Positions 23,100 through 34,130 of a DNA stretch of 64,000 nt are shown here, in pieces. Every line of letters starts with the position of its first letter. Position 1 is the first letter of the stretch. Source of the stretch: Squalus acanthias (lineage: Eukaryota); the NCBI GenBank assembly GCA_030390025.1, contig JASTWF010000342.1:248001-312000 (forward strand). Reading direction: 5' to 3'. The notes beneath the pieces are model-generated. The model worked only from the letters and a program-made list of their open reading frames with translations, did no database searches and had not been told where the DNA came from. The translations under genes were made by a program, and so were the position numbers.

Positions 23100-24270
23100 A
23101 GAGAGGCAGGCTGCTCACTTCACTCCTGCAACTGCATAGACATTTTTGGCGGACATCCTCTGGGTTTTGGAGCCTGTGATGTCCCTGCCAAAGGCTGCTC
23201 CTCCTGCAACTGTGCAGGGGCAGACTCGGCCATCGGGAGCCGAGACATCATGTGGGGCTGTGACTGAGGGGGAGGCAATGGGGGAGAAGTGTGAGTGCTT
23301 TGAGCAGAGCCCCCACTTCCATGTCCCCTCTCACCATCATCCCTCCCATGGGTCACCCACACTTTCTTGTTAGCAAGGAGCTGGAGAGCACTAATCGTTA
23401 GTGAAGGCTTCACCAAATGCCATATTCTAACATCTGCAGCACAGGCCTCACACACTGCTCAATGCACCACACCCCCATCACTCACCTACCAACAATCTCT
23501 ACCTATCACCACTCATACCTCACAATAATAGCTTCACTTCACCCTAACAACCTTACCACTGCTCCAACACTCACACCCACATCTCACAGCTTGCACACAC
23601 TGACAGCTATTCACCATGGCAGGCACATCACCCAAACACATTGCACTACGCTCAATGACACGCTTCCCTTTCTCTTGCAGGCCAAGGTGGCTCACAACTG
23701 CGGGGAGCAGCAGCAAACGGGAGGCAGCCAAGCCGCTTCACAGGCCTTGAGCCAACTGGAGGAGTTGGTGCTCGACATCATTGGAGGGAAGTTACCGAAG
23801 CTGTGGCAACGGACAAAGTTGAAGGCCTTGGGAACAATAACAGTATGGTCAAGGCTCGAAAGGGGCTTGCAGGGTGTTGCAGCAGACCAGCAATCTGTGC
23901 TTCAGCAGATTGCTAGGAATGCTGAGGTGCCGCCCTGGGGGAGCGGCAGTGGGTCTGTGGAGCAGGAGCCTGCTGTCCTCTCTCAGGATGACAGCATTCG
24001 TCTTCCCACCTCTGCCACTCCACCATTGCCCTTGCTGCTGCCAGTCAGCCCAGACTGCTGCCGCCCAGGCCGAGGTGGTGCAGTCTACAACCGGGCCTTC
24101 TAGGTCCACAGCTAGTCAAGGTTGTCCTGCAAACATTCCAAACATAATTAATACATTTATAAGTATTCAATTAACAGTACAATATCAACAAATCATCTGT
24201 AGTCTCCCCCACGGAAACTCAGCAGCTTTCCACCAACCATGCTGCAGCCACTGGGACAGCACTGCGTAGG
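23100..24270. mobile_element. Remnants of the Harbinger second-gene (Myb/SANT partner) regions of two abutting elements
   Basis: Pro/Ser-rich tails convergent with the transposases on either side (23120-23390 minus, 23680-24270 plus). Confidence 0.5.
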
Positions 24271-24518
24271 AACACTAGAGAAGGAAAGGGCACCCGATTG
24301 ACAGGCACTAAGGGATTGCACAAGGGTGATTAGTTGATATTGTACTGTTATTTGAATACTTATAAATGTATTAATTACGTTTGCAATGTTTGTTTTGTGG
24401 TGGCTCTCATTTCAGCTTTGTGCCCAGGAGGACACAGTGATGTTCTGTGACAGAGGGATGGTATGATGGGCGAGTGGTTGATGGGGAAGTGGTAAAAAAC
24501 GGGGATCTGGGGTTTCAT

Positions 24519-26532
24519 TCATTGGAATCGAAGTATGATGAGGTGTTCATGCACAGCCCGTCCGGAAGGGAGATTTACTGCCTGCCTCCTCGTCCACCTC
24601 CTCTCCTCTTCCTCTTCCTCCTCCTCGTCCGCTTCTCCCTCGTCCTCTTCCTGAGGTGGTCCCACAATCCCTGCTGGTAAAGGATACACCCTCATGGTGA
24701 CCAAGGTGTGAAGCATGCAGCAGACCACCATGAAATGGGACGGCCGTTCCAATGAGTATTGGAGGGATCCTCCCGAGCGACCAAGGCAGCGGAACTGTTG
24801 CTTCAGCAGCCCGATGGTCTGCTCGATGATGTTCCTGGTGGCAGCATGGCTCTCATTATGAGTGCTGTGCAGGAGTGGTGGGGTTGCAGAGGAGAGTCAT
24901 GAGCCAGGTGCAGAGCGAATAGCCCTTATCTCCGAGTAGCCACCCTTGGGTTTGGTGTGGTGGCTGGAAGACTGCTGGCACACTAGACTGACACAGGATG
25001 AAGGCATCATGACTGCTGCCCGGATAGCAGGCACTGACGATCAGGATGCGCTGGGTGTGGTCGCACAACAACTGCACATTAAGTGAGTTTTTTATTCGTT
25101 CCTGGGATGTGGGCATTGCTGGCAAGGCCAGCATTTATTGCCCATCCCTAATTGTCATTGAGAAGGTGGTGGTGAGCCGCCGCCTTGAACTGCTGCAGTC
25201 TGCGTGGTGAAGGTACTCCCACAGTGCTATTAGGTAGGGAGTTCCAAGATTTTGACCCAGCGACGATGAAGGACCGGTGATATATTTCCAAGTCAGGATG
25301 GTGTGTGACTTGGAGGGGAACTTGGAGGTGATGGTGTTCCCATGCACTTGCTGCCCTTGTCCTTCTAGGTGGTAGAGGTCATGGGTTTGGGAGGTGCTGT
25401 CGAAGAAGCCTTGGCGTGTTGCTACAATGCATCTTGTAGATGGAACACACTGCAGTCACGGTACGCCGGTGGTGGAGGGAGCGAATGTTTAAGGTGGTGG
25501 ATGGGGTGCCAATTAAATGGGCTGCTTTGTCCTGGATGGCATCGAGCTTCTTGAGTGTTGTTGCAGCTGCACTCATCCAGGTAAGTGGAGAGTATTCCAT
25601 CACACTCCTGACTTGTGCCTTGTAGATGGTGGAAAGGCTTTGGGAAGTCAGGAGGTGAGTCACTCAGCACAGAATACCCAGCCTCTGACCTGCTCTTGTA
25701 GTCACAGTATTTATGTGGCTGGTCCAGTTAAGTTTCTGGTCAATGGTGACCCCCCAGGATGTTGATGTTACAGGATTTGGCGATGGTAATGCCATTGAAT
25801 GGCAAGGGGCAGCAGTTAGACACTCTCTTGTTGGAGATAGTCATTGCCTGGCACTTGTGTGGCATGAATGTTATCAGCCAAGCGTGAATGTCATCCAGGT
25901 CTTGCTGCATGCGGACATGGACTGCTTCATTATCTGATTGGTAGCCTTTGCAGTTACGGAAGATCTCAGGATTGGTATAAAGTGCCCACAAAGCCACATG
26001 TGTGCAGTCGATGGCGCCCTGCACCATGGAGAAACCAGCTCTCCTGGCAAAGCCACATGTGTGCTCCTCCTGCTTCAGTCTGTTCAGACAGAAGACAGCG
26101 TAGTCCCTTCTCCTGGTGTAAAGGTTCTGTGACCTCCAGATGCAGCGATGGATGGCAAACTGGGAGATGTTAGCTATGTCCCCTGCTGCAGACTGGAAGG
26201 ATCTGCTGGTGAAGAAATTGAGGGCCACGGTGACCTTGAGGGCAACTGGGACAGCCGTGGTCGCCCTGCTCTCAGGCTGCAGATCTGTTTGCAGGAGGTG
26301 GCAGAGTTCTGTGACCAACTCCTTGATGAAGTGGAGCCTCCTAATACACTGCTCCTTGTTTAAGTGGATATAAGTGCTCTCTGAAGACCCTAATTGGGTA
26401 AGGCCTCCTGTTGAGAGCCCTCCTGGCCCTCTTCCTCCTTCCTCTGTGAGCATCTTCTCTTCTTCTTCGCTGCCCCTGCTCCCTCTCCCGAAGATACCCG
26501 AGCGCGAGGGGGACTGCAAGTAGAGCCCCCAT
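24519..26532 (-). pseudogene. PIF/Harbinger transposase remnant interrupted by a LINE fragment
   Basis: VPVALKVTVALNFF, GAIDCTHV, CKGY|SLNVQLLCD, YPGSSHDAFIL, WLLGDKGY, CCMLH. Confidence 0.9.
25088..25938 (-). mobile_element. 5'-truncated LINE 3' fragment (CR1/Jockey-group RT C-terminus and A-rich tail)
   Basis: IYKAQVRSVMEYSPL...LKKLDAIQDKAA; same family as 60905-61587; splits the transposase at KGY/SLNVQ. Confidence 0.8.
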
Positions 26533-27390
26533 GACTGTGAGCAAGTGTTGTGAGCAGAAGCCTTTAAATAAGAATGAAGGTGTTCTCTACTTGCACCAAC
26601 ACTCCCTGTTACCTTAGGACCTTGAAACAAGTTTAGAAAGCTGCAAGAGTTGCAGAAATTTAGACAGAGCCAGTCTAACTGAAAAAGCATGTCAGCTGCA
26701 AGTTGTTGCTAATGATCCCTTTAAATAACACTGCTGGAGGCTCCTTCCTGCTTGTGAATGCTTGGTCAGCTGGTCGTGAACGTGAAAATAGCAGATTGGG
26801 CATCAGGTGAGCGTTGCACACTCACTGACGTCATGATCTACATAATCTACATATCCCCAGAGAGCACGGACATTGGCAGCGGTGCCACCCAGCTGAACAT
26901 TTTTCCAAAATGGACCTCAACGGCTAATGCTATCACTTCCAATGTCTAGGCCCTTGTGTGCAAATTGGCTGCCTTGTTTGCCTACACAATAGTAGTGACT
27001 GCACTTCAAAAGCCCTTCATTGGCTGCAAAGAAGTTTGAGGCATCCTGAGGATATGAATGTTGTTTTATATATATAAATAAAAGGCACATGATCTTTTTT
27101 TCTTGAAATAATAGAGCCCTGACAGTCTGAAAAACTTCTGCTCAGAAACTGCAACTCCCCGCATTCAGTTGGAATATTAACATAAGCTCAGTCTTAAATT
27201 GTCTCTCCAATTACAGTGCTGCTTGCAGAGCAAATACAATGACCCATCTTCATCCATAGATGAGTCTGTTACTGCAGCCATATGTCTCCCAAGTATGTAT
27301 AATAACAAGCAAACAAACATCGTATCAATAACATTAACTTCTGAAACTCTTCCATTCAAGGAAAGAGGTTAGTAACATAAGGGAAATATA

Positions 27391-28152
27391 GGCCCGAAAA
27401 TTAGACCTAATACGCGAGAGTACGCACTGTGTACTCTCGCGTATTAGGTCTCCAATTGCCGGTTCCCTGCATGCACTGCGCATGCGCGGGAAACCGGCAC
27501 TTCGTGAATTTAAAAGGGGGCGGTTCCTAAGTGAACCGCGTGCGTGCTACAGGCTGTGCGCACGCAGTGCACTTAGTTATTTTTTCAGCTTTGAACGCGC
27601 AGGTAAGTGGTGAACATTTTACACATAAAGAAAGCAGGCGTAGGACCCCCTTTTAACAAGATAAGTAGTTAATTAAGTGTTATTTTAAATTTTTTTCAAC
27701 AGGTTTATCTTTTTTAGAGACTTTAAAGAAAGGTAAGTTTATTTTTATAACTTTTAAAAAGATTTTAAATTTTTTCAAAAATTTTATTTTTTGTTTAATG
27801 TGGTTAATTTATTTAACTATACTTCTTTTATTAATGTGATGGTTTTTTTAAATTTAATTGAGGTTTAGCTGTTCTTTTGGGGGGGTATAGTATTCATAGC
27901 TTTGACAGGTCTTCCTGTCAAAACTATGAATGAAAGATGGTGTGCTGCCATTGGCTCTAACTGAATCACGTGATCCCAGAGCTCGCACGAACTAATTGCG
28001 TCTCTGGGTCACGCAAGCACTGCACGGTTCCAAGAGAGAGAGCCTTTCAGACTAAAGTTCGTGTGGGCCCGGAGCAAAAAGGTAGGCACGGAGTGCGATA
28101 TCGCGGGGATTCCTTACCCCCGCGGGAACCCTCACTGTTTAATTTCTGGGCC
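27391..28152. mobile_element. Non-autonomous TIR element (MITE, probably Harbinger-like), copy A
   Basis: Termini GGCCCGAAAATT / AATTTCTGGGCC; AT-rich centre; homologous in inverse orientation to 28974-29731 and 55477-57055. Confidence 0.8.
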
Positions 28153-28973
28153 ATTGTAAAGATAACACCAATGAAAACCCAATCTTTTGAAACATAGCAA
28201 CCTAAGCATATTCCCCCATACCCTGTTCATATTACTGATTGCCTTAATTACATTTACCTTGGACTTGAATCTAGTGGTGATTAGTCCCGACAGGCATGGA
28301 ATCTTCTTGAGCAGCTTTTAAACTGTCAGTGGTTTATATATTCTTCAGTTTGTACAAATACCTGGAGCTGGTATTAACAGAGAGAGGAAGGAATGGCAAA
28401 TACAAGCTTTAGTTTAGTGCATGCGTGGACAAATGAGAGTTAGAGGTTCCAAAGTGTAAAAAAGTAACAGTACTTGAATTTCATGTTTATAATGTAGTTG
28501 TGTTTCTGCAGGCAAGAATAGGAGATGGGATTAGGATACAGTGATGTGAGGAGCAGAGTGATTGACAGTTCTTGGCAATTATTCGAGTTTCCAGTTTTCC
28601 ATGTTTATATTTTATCATTTTTCTTGCCATGTTAAATACTTTAAGTTACACTGAATCGAGATTTTCACTATGTTTTCTATTGTTTTGTTAAAAAAAGTAA
28701 AATGGGAATAAATTTGGCTAGAAAAACATTTTTTTTTTGTTTTGTTCATGATTTTTGAGTCATAGTCCAGTTTCTCAGCTGGCATTGTTTTATTTTTAAT
28801 ATCAACAGCAAAAGTCTATTTTTCAAAGTTGTGTCCCATTTTTGTCTAGTTTTTAGCACTATTTTTTAATACCAATATTGTGGAATTTATAATCAAATAT
28901 ATCAGTGTACCAATGTACTAATACAGTATTGTATGAATGTATCAAGATAACAATAATAACAACTTGCATTTAT

Positions 28974-29731
28974 GGGCCAGAAATTCGGCTCTCCGGCTTC
29001 CTGTGGGTGCAAGCATCGCGCGCGTACTTACCTACCGCGCCTGCCATTGTGCTTCGGGCCCACGAGGAATTCGAGTCCTGGGCCTCCTGCAGCTGCCGGC
29101 GCGCAGTGCTTGCGTATCCCAGGGGCGCAGTTAGTTCGAAGCGTCCCCTGGGATCACATGGGCCATGGAGAGCCAATCGTAGCAGGGAATTTTCATTCAT
29201 AGATTTGACAGGAAGACCTGTCAAATCTATGAATAGAGATTGGCCCCAAAACCACACTAAAACTTCAAATAATTTTTTTAAAAAACCATCACATTTTTAA
29301 AATAACTATAAATTACATAAATTAACTACTTTAAACAAAAATGTAAATTTTTGAAAAAAATAATTACACTTTTTAACGGTGCTAAATATAAACTTACCTT
29401 TTGTTAAAGTATGTAAAAAAGATAAACCTGTTGAAAAAATGTTTAAATTGTACTTAATTAACCACTTACCTTGTTAAAAACAAGCCTTGCGCCTCCTTTT
29501 TAAATGTGCAGCTTCTCCGTACTTACCCTCACCTGAAAAAAAAACTGAAGTTCGCTGCGTGCGCGCTGCATCTCCCGCGCACGCGTTCGACTTCTGAACC
29601 CCTTCCTTCAGGTGAATGGAAGTTCCGGTTTCCCATGCATGCGCAGTGCATGCGTGAAACCGGCACTTCAGGTGGCCTTACGGGTGAGTACACAGCGCGT
29701 ACTCACCCGACAACAGCCGAATTTCTGGCCC
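28974..29731. mobile_element. MITE copy B, inserted in an L2 3' tail
   Basis: Perfect 17-bp TIR GGGCCAGAAATTCGGCT; flanks 28945-28973 and 29735-29855 rejoin as the reverse complement of the L2 tail seen at 60480-60650. Confidence 0.85.
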
Positions 29732-30131
29732 AAATGTGTCTTTAACATAGTAAAACCTCCCAAGATGTTATCAAACAAAATTTGACACCGAGCCACATAA
29801 GGAGATATTAGAACAGGTGACCAAAAGCTTGGTCAAAAAGGTAGGTTTGAAGGACCGCCTTACGGACCGAGGAGGTAGCTGAGTAGGCGAGCAGCAGGAG
29901 CAATGTGCCCGGTCTTGGATGCAGTGCAGGAAGCAGTTTAATGACCTAACTAGGTCAGGAAAAGTGAGTACATTTGCTGGCCCACCTCCATCCTGTGCTT
30001 TACACCTCCACCTTTTACTCTGTCTTGCCAAGTGTACTCCATCACAATACTCCTCACACACACTCAACATTCAGCAGCACCCAGCCATCACTTTCTATGC
30101 ACTTCATCACTTCCCTATTTATCCATCCACC

Positions 30132-30911
30132 TGTAAGATTTTCAAAATGTGCAGATCCCCAAAAACATATATCGAAAGGAAAAAAATAAGGACTTTGGAA
30201 ATTTAAAGGAACATGCCTGAACATGTACCTGGTCTGGGAATTCAAGACCAGCAAAAAATCACCATATGGACAATAGGCTCTGGGGAAAAACTGCCCCACC
30301 CAAAACACAGAGCCCATCACGATTTCAATGACAATGAACAGGCCCCACCTGAGAACTCACTGCATTACGAAACCAGTTTTTTTCATGAGGAGTTTGTGGT
30401 GGGGGGGAGGGGGGGTGAAGAGCACTATAATTGCAGCAGAACACAAGATTTCTTTCTCTTTTCGACTCGATCGACTACGCGGGAAGCAGGGGTCTCTGGC
30501 AGCTCTGCTCAGAAGCCACATGGTGAAGGAAGACGTTCGATGACCAGAATCACCATCGACTTACCTGGCTGGACCACGGATTGTTAATACCCCTGTCTGG
30601 TGAGCATTATCCCTGATCTCCTGAAACCGAAACCTAGCTAGAAGTGGGAAGTTTTGGGAGGGATAAAGGTTTTTATTTTTCTTGTATACTGTCATTTTCC
30701 TCGCCTGTAACCGTGTGCTTTCCCAAACCTGTTTAAGTGTGAAGTGTGTTTAAGTTTGTTACCTTTTAACTTTAATAAAAGTTATAGTTCTTTTCATTGG
30801 AACCTGTGGTCTACTGCGTTTTTATTCACAACCCCTAAATAATTCCAAGTTTTGAACCTGGGGCGTGGGAGCGATTCGAACCGCTCACTTTATAACAACC
30901 ACACCCTTACA
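30132..30911 (+). repeat. 5' LTR (780 bp)
   Basis: TGTAAG...CTTACA termini, AATAAA at 30774; direct repeat of 36694-37471 with roughly ten differences by eye. Confidence 0.95.
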
Positions 30912-30912
30912 A

Positions 30913-30930
30913 TGGCGACCACGGCAGGAC
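30913..30930 (+). promoter_or_regulatory. Primer-binding site, probably tRNA-Arg(UCG)
   Basis: TGGCGACCACGGCAGGAC begins 1 nt after the LTR; complementary to a tRNA 3' end ...GUCCUGCCGUGGUCGCCA, which resembles vertebrate tRNA-Arg(UCG) as recalled. Confidence 0.75.
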
Positions 30931-30982
30931 TTGGCAAAAGGGTTGTGAAGCAGTAGACACTGAATCAGAAGAGAGAACTGTA

Positions 30983-32707
30983 ATGGAGGAGAGGATTTCA
31001 GATTATGTATTCAGCAAAGTGAATATGGAAAAAAAGTGGGTCACTAATCTATTAAAAACTGGGCGCCCGGTAGATGCAGCAGCTAAATGGACAGAAGGGA
31101 AGTCATAAAAAATCCTTAGAAAAGGCAGTCTGGCTGATGTGCTTCAAGAAACAGATCCAACTTTTGGACAGACTCGTTGAAGCACAGGCAGCCGAGATTC
31201 AGGAGTCGGCCCTGGAAGTCCAAACGAAGGCCCTAGCAGGGAAGAAGTTACTGTTAGCATTGCAGGCGCTAAACCAGGAAAGGGTGCAGTTAGTAGGGGA
31301 ACACAAGACCCGACAGGATTACTTACAGTGCCAGGTCACTGAGGCCAAGAACAATGAGCTGAGGTTGCGGGAAAAGAATGCCCGCCTGGCAAAACAAGTA
31401 AGAGAGCAGGAGGAGACAGTAAAAGGCTTACAGGCTGCCTATAAGGTAATGAGTGCACAGGGGTTTGAGGGTGCAGACCACGGGCCCTGCCAGAAGCAGA
31501 TAGAGAGTCTCAGCCTTGCTCTAAGGAAGGCAAGAGGTGTGGTGTGCCTCATAAGCCCAAGTGCAGCCCAGGTCGACTTTACAGGGAACCTGGGGAGAAC
31601 GGTTCAGACACCAAAGATAGCGCCAAGGGTCGACACGGTTGAGGAGCGGGAGGGCCCACGACCACCACCCATAGCACCAAGCTTTAGCGCAGTCTGGCAA
31701 GAAGAAGGGGTGGAGTTAGGGGCAGAAGCTGAGGTGGAAAAAACCCCGCAAGAGAGGCTGGGACCGGGGCCGATGTGCCCGGCCCGGCAGGACAGATTTG
31801 GCCCACCTGCTGATAACGGGGATGCGGGACCCCTCCAAAGCCAGTTCGTGGCTCCCCACGGTACACAACAGCTTAGGGTTATGGTAAGCCACCTGAGTAA
31901 ACTCACCCAACAAGGGGACCCCTCAGTTCACTTCATAGAAATAGAACAGGCAGCAAGCATTAACGGCTGTGACGATGCCGAGATGGCAAAAATGCTCCTG
32001 TTCTCACTGGACAGCCGGTTATATCAGTCTCTCTCTGCTGAGAGCAAGAGAGGACAGGATGGGTATGCGGCCATCACTGAGGAAGTTTTAGAGGCAATGG
32101 GGATGAATGAGGGAAGTCCTTTCTCCCGGGTGGAGAAAACAGTGCAGCTCGCAGGAGAGACCCCACAGGCTTTTGCAGACAGGCTGTGGCCTGTGTACAG
32201 GGGTGCTTGTGGTGGGGATCTTAACAGGGCTCACCTAAACCGGGACGAGCTGGCCCACTGGCTCCATAGCCTAGTGGCAAACAGCTTGCCTCAGATCAAA
32301 ACCCAGGCTGAGCTTTGGTTTGACCTGAAAGACCCCCGGGGCACCGAAGAGGCAGTGGTCAGACAGCTGAACCTGGCCTACCGGAACGGGAGAGGAGCGG
32401 AGGAGCCCCCACAAAAAGTAAAGTACATGAAATAAAACCCGGCCAGAGTAGGAAGGAGTGGCATCAGGAGGGGAATAACCCTTCCAGCACAAAGCTTAAC
32501 TGTTATGGGTGTGGGAAGGATGGTCACTGGAGGAAGGAGTGTAAGAATCCTTGGAAGGATAACAATGGAAAGAATTCCTCAGCCCCAGCCCAAAAGGCAG
32601 AGACAGGGATCCCTCCCGCCACGGTCGAGTCATTTTTGGACACCATGAGGTCCCTATTGACTGGCCCAGGGAAGGTAGGAGCAGCCCCATACAACCCAGA
32701 CTTCTGA
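30983..32707 (+). pseudogene. gag: Gag-like polyprotein (coiled coil, capsid-like region, CCHC knuckle), two frameshifts
   Basis: ATG 30983; main frame 31074-32435 with QLAGETPQAFADRLW (MHR-like); CYGCGKDGHWRKEC at 32501; TGA at 32705; shifts near 31097 and 32418. Confidence 0.85.
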
Positions 32708-33603
32708 CTGGAACCAGCGCAGCCTGCCTACTTGTGTCCCCTTGAAAGACACGCACAGGAAGAGACCTCCCGTAAGGAGGACAGGTTAAATGAGCAGGCC
32801 TTACGGGAGGAGAACGCCCGCTTAATGGGGAAAGTAGACGGGCTAGAAGGGCAGCTTAGAGACATAAAGGCAGCCTACAGGGTAGCCAGGAGCAGGGAGT
32901 ATGAGGAGTTAAACCATGGGCCCTGTGAGGAAAGGATAAAAGGTCTGACCCAAGCCCTATCCAAAGCCAGAGGGATGGTTTGCTCAACAACCCCAGGGGA
33001 ATTCACCACCCCGCAGTTGCAAGCCATGGTAGCAGAGTTGACCAAACTGGAACAGAATAGAAATCTTCGGCCTGCAGCCGGCGAGATTTCACAGAATGCA
33101 CAAGCAGGGGCGGTGGCCTGTCTTAGGGGAGGGTCCACCCCACCCACCGTTTGGGACATTCCCCCAATCCTCTGGGATTTAGAGAGGAGGAGCCCGAACC
33201 AGATAGCCCCGCCCCCGAACCAGGTGTTGAACCAGCACTAGGCTGCGAAGAGTCACCTGACCCTGAAACAGGTTTAGGAGAGGTACAGCCTGAGGATAGA
33301 AATCCCCAGCCAGTGGCAGTGGAAGATTCACAGACCACACAACAGGGGGCAGTGGCTCATGTTAAAGACCCACCAGCCAGAAAACCCCCACCAGCCAGAG
33401 CCCCGAGAAGGTCCCCACGTACGCCACAGCCAAAGAAACCGTGGTCACCGGCTCCCCAATTTAAAAGGGCCGCCCCTCAAGCCAGGGGTCGATCTGAGGA
33501 CAGAGGTTCCCGGCCAGCAGCCATAGGCTGCAAGGGACCAAAGGTACAGGACAGGGCGGCAACACCAAAGGGAGTAGTGTGCTCCAGTCCTGACAGGAGT
33601 TAG
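32708..33603 (+). pseudogene. ORF in the pol position: diverged duplicate of the Gag coiled-coil plus Pro-rich tail
   Basis: In frame with the gag stop (TGA-CTG); LREENARL...KAAYRV...NHGPCEERI...LSKARGMVC matches gag LREKNARL...QAAYKV...DHGPCQKQI...LRKARGVVC; tail continues in ORF 33151-33603. Confidence 0.7.
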
Positions 33604-33822
33604 GCTAGCCGTCCGGAGACGGGCGGCGAATGTACATAGCTTTTGTTTATTAAATTTTGAGATTGTTAAGTTTGGGTGTTTTTAGTTAAATTTTAAGTAA
33701 GGTGGTTGGTAGTTTTAAAATGTTATAATTTCAAGAATGTTTTGTATTGAGTCGAGGTCGCAAGACCCGACTATGCTTCACCCAAGCCAGAGAATCTACT
33801 CGGGACCTGGCTATATGCTCTT

Positions 33823-34102
33823 ACATAGAAACATAGAAACATAGAATCTAGGAGCAGGAGTAGGCCATTTGGCCCGTCGAGCCTGCTCCGCCATTCAATA
33901 CGATCATGGCTGATCATCCAAATCCAGTACCCTGTCCCTGCTTTAATCCCCACAGTACACATATCCCACCCTACCCCTGTAACCCCACATATTTAATTCC
34001 CCCTAACATATCCCATCCTATCCCCATAACCCCACATATTTAATCCCCCCTAACACTAAGGGTCAATTTATCATAGCCAAATCAACCTAACCCACACATC
34101 TT
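33823..34102 (-). mobile_element. Truncated SINE with CR1-type 3' tail (HE1/V-SINE-like) inside the LTR element
   Basis: (ACATAGAA)n tail and AGGAGCAGGAGTAGGCCATT shared with CR1 ends at 49850-49930 and 58710; internal ~47-bp tandem duplication; TCTT at both junctions. Confidence 0.7.
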
Positions 34103-34130
34103 GTGTCTCCTTACAGAAGGGATTGTCGAT

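Noticed and set aside
30213..30587. ORFs inside the LTRs (also 36775-37104)
   Set aside because: The frames differ between the two LTRs at a G-run and show no recognisable domain
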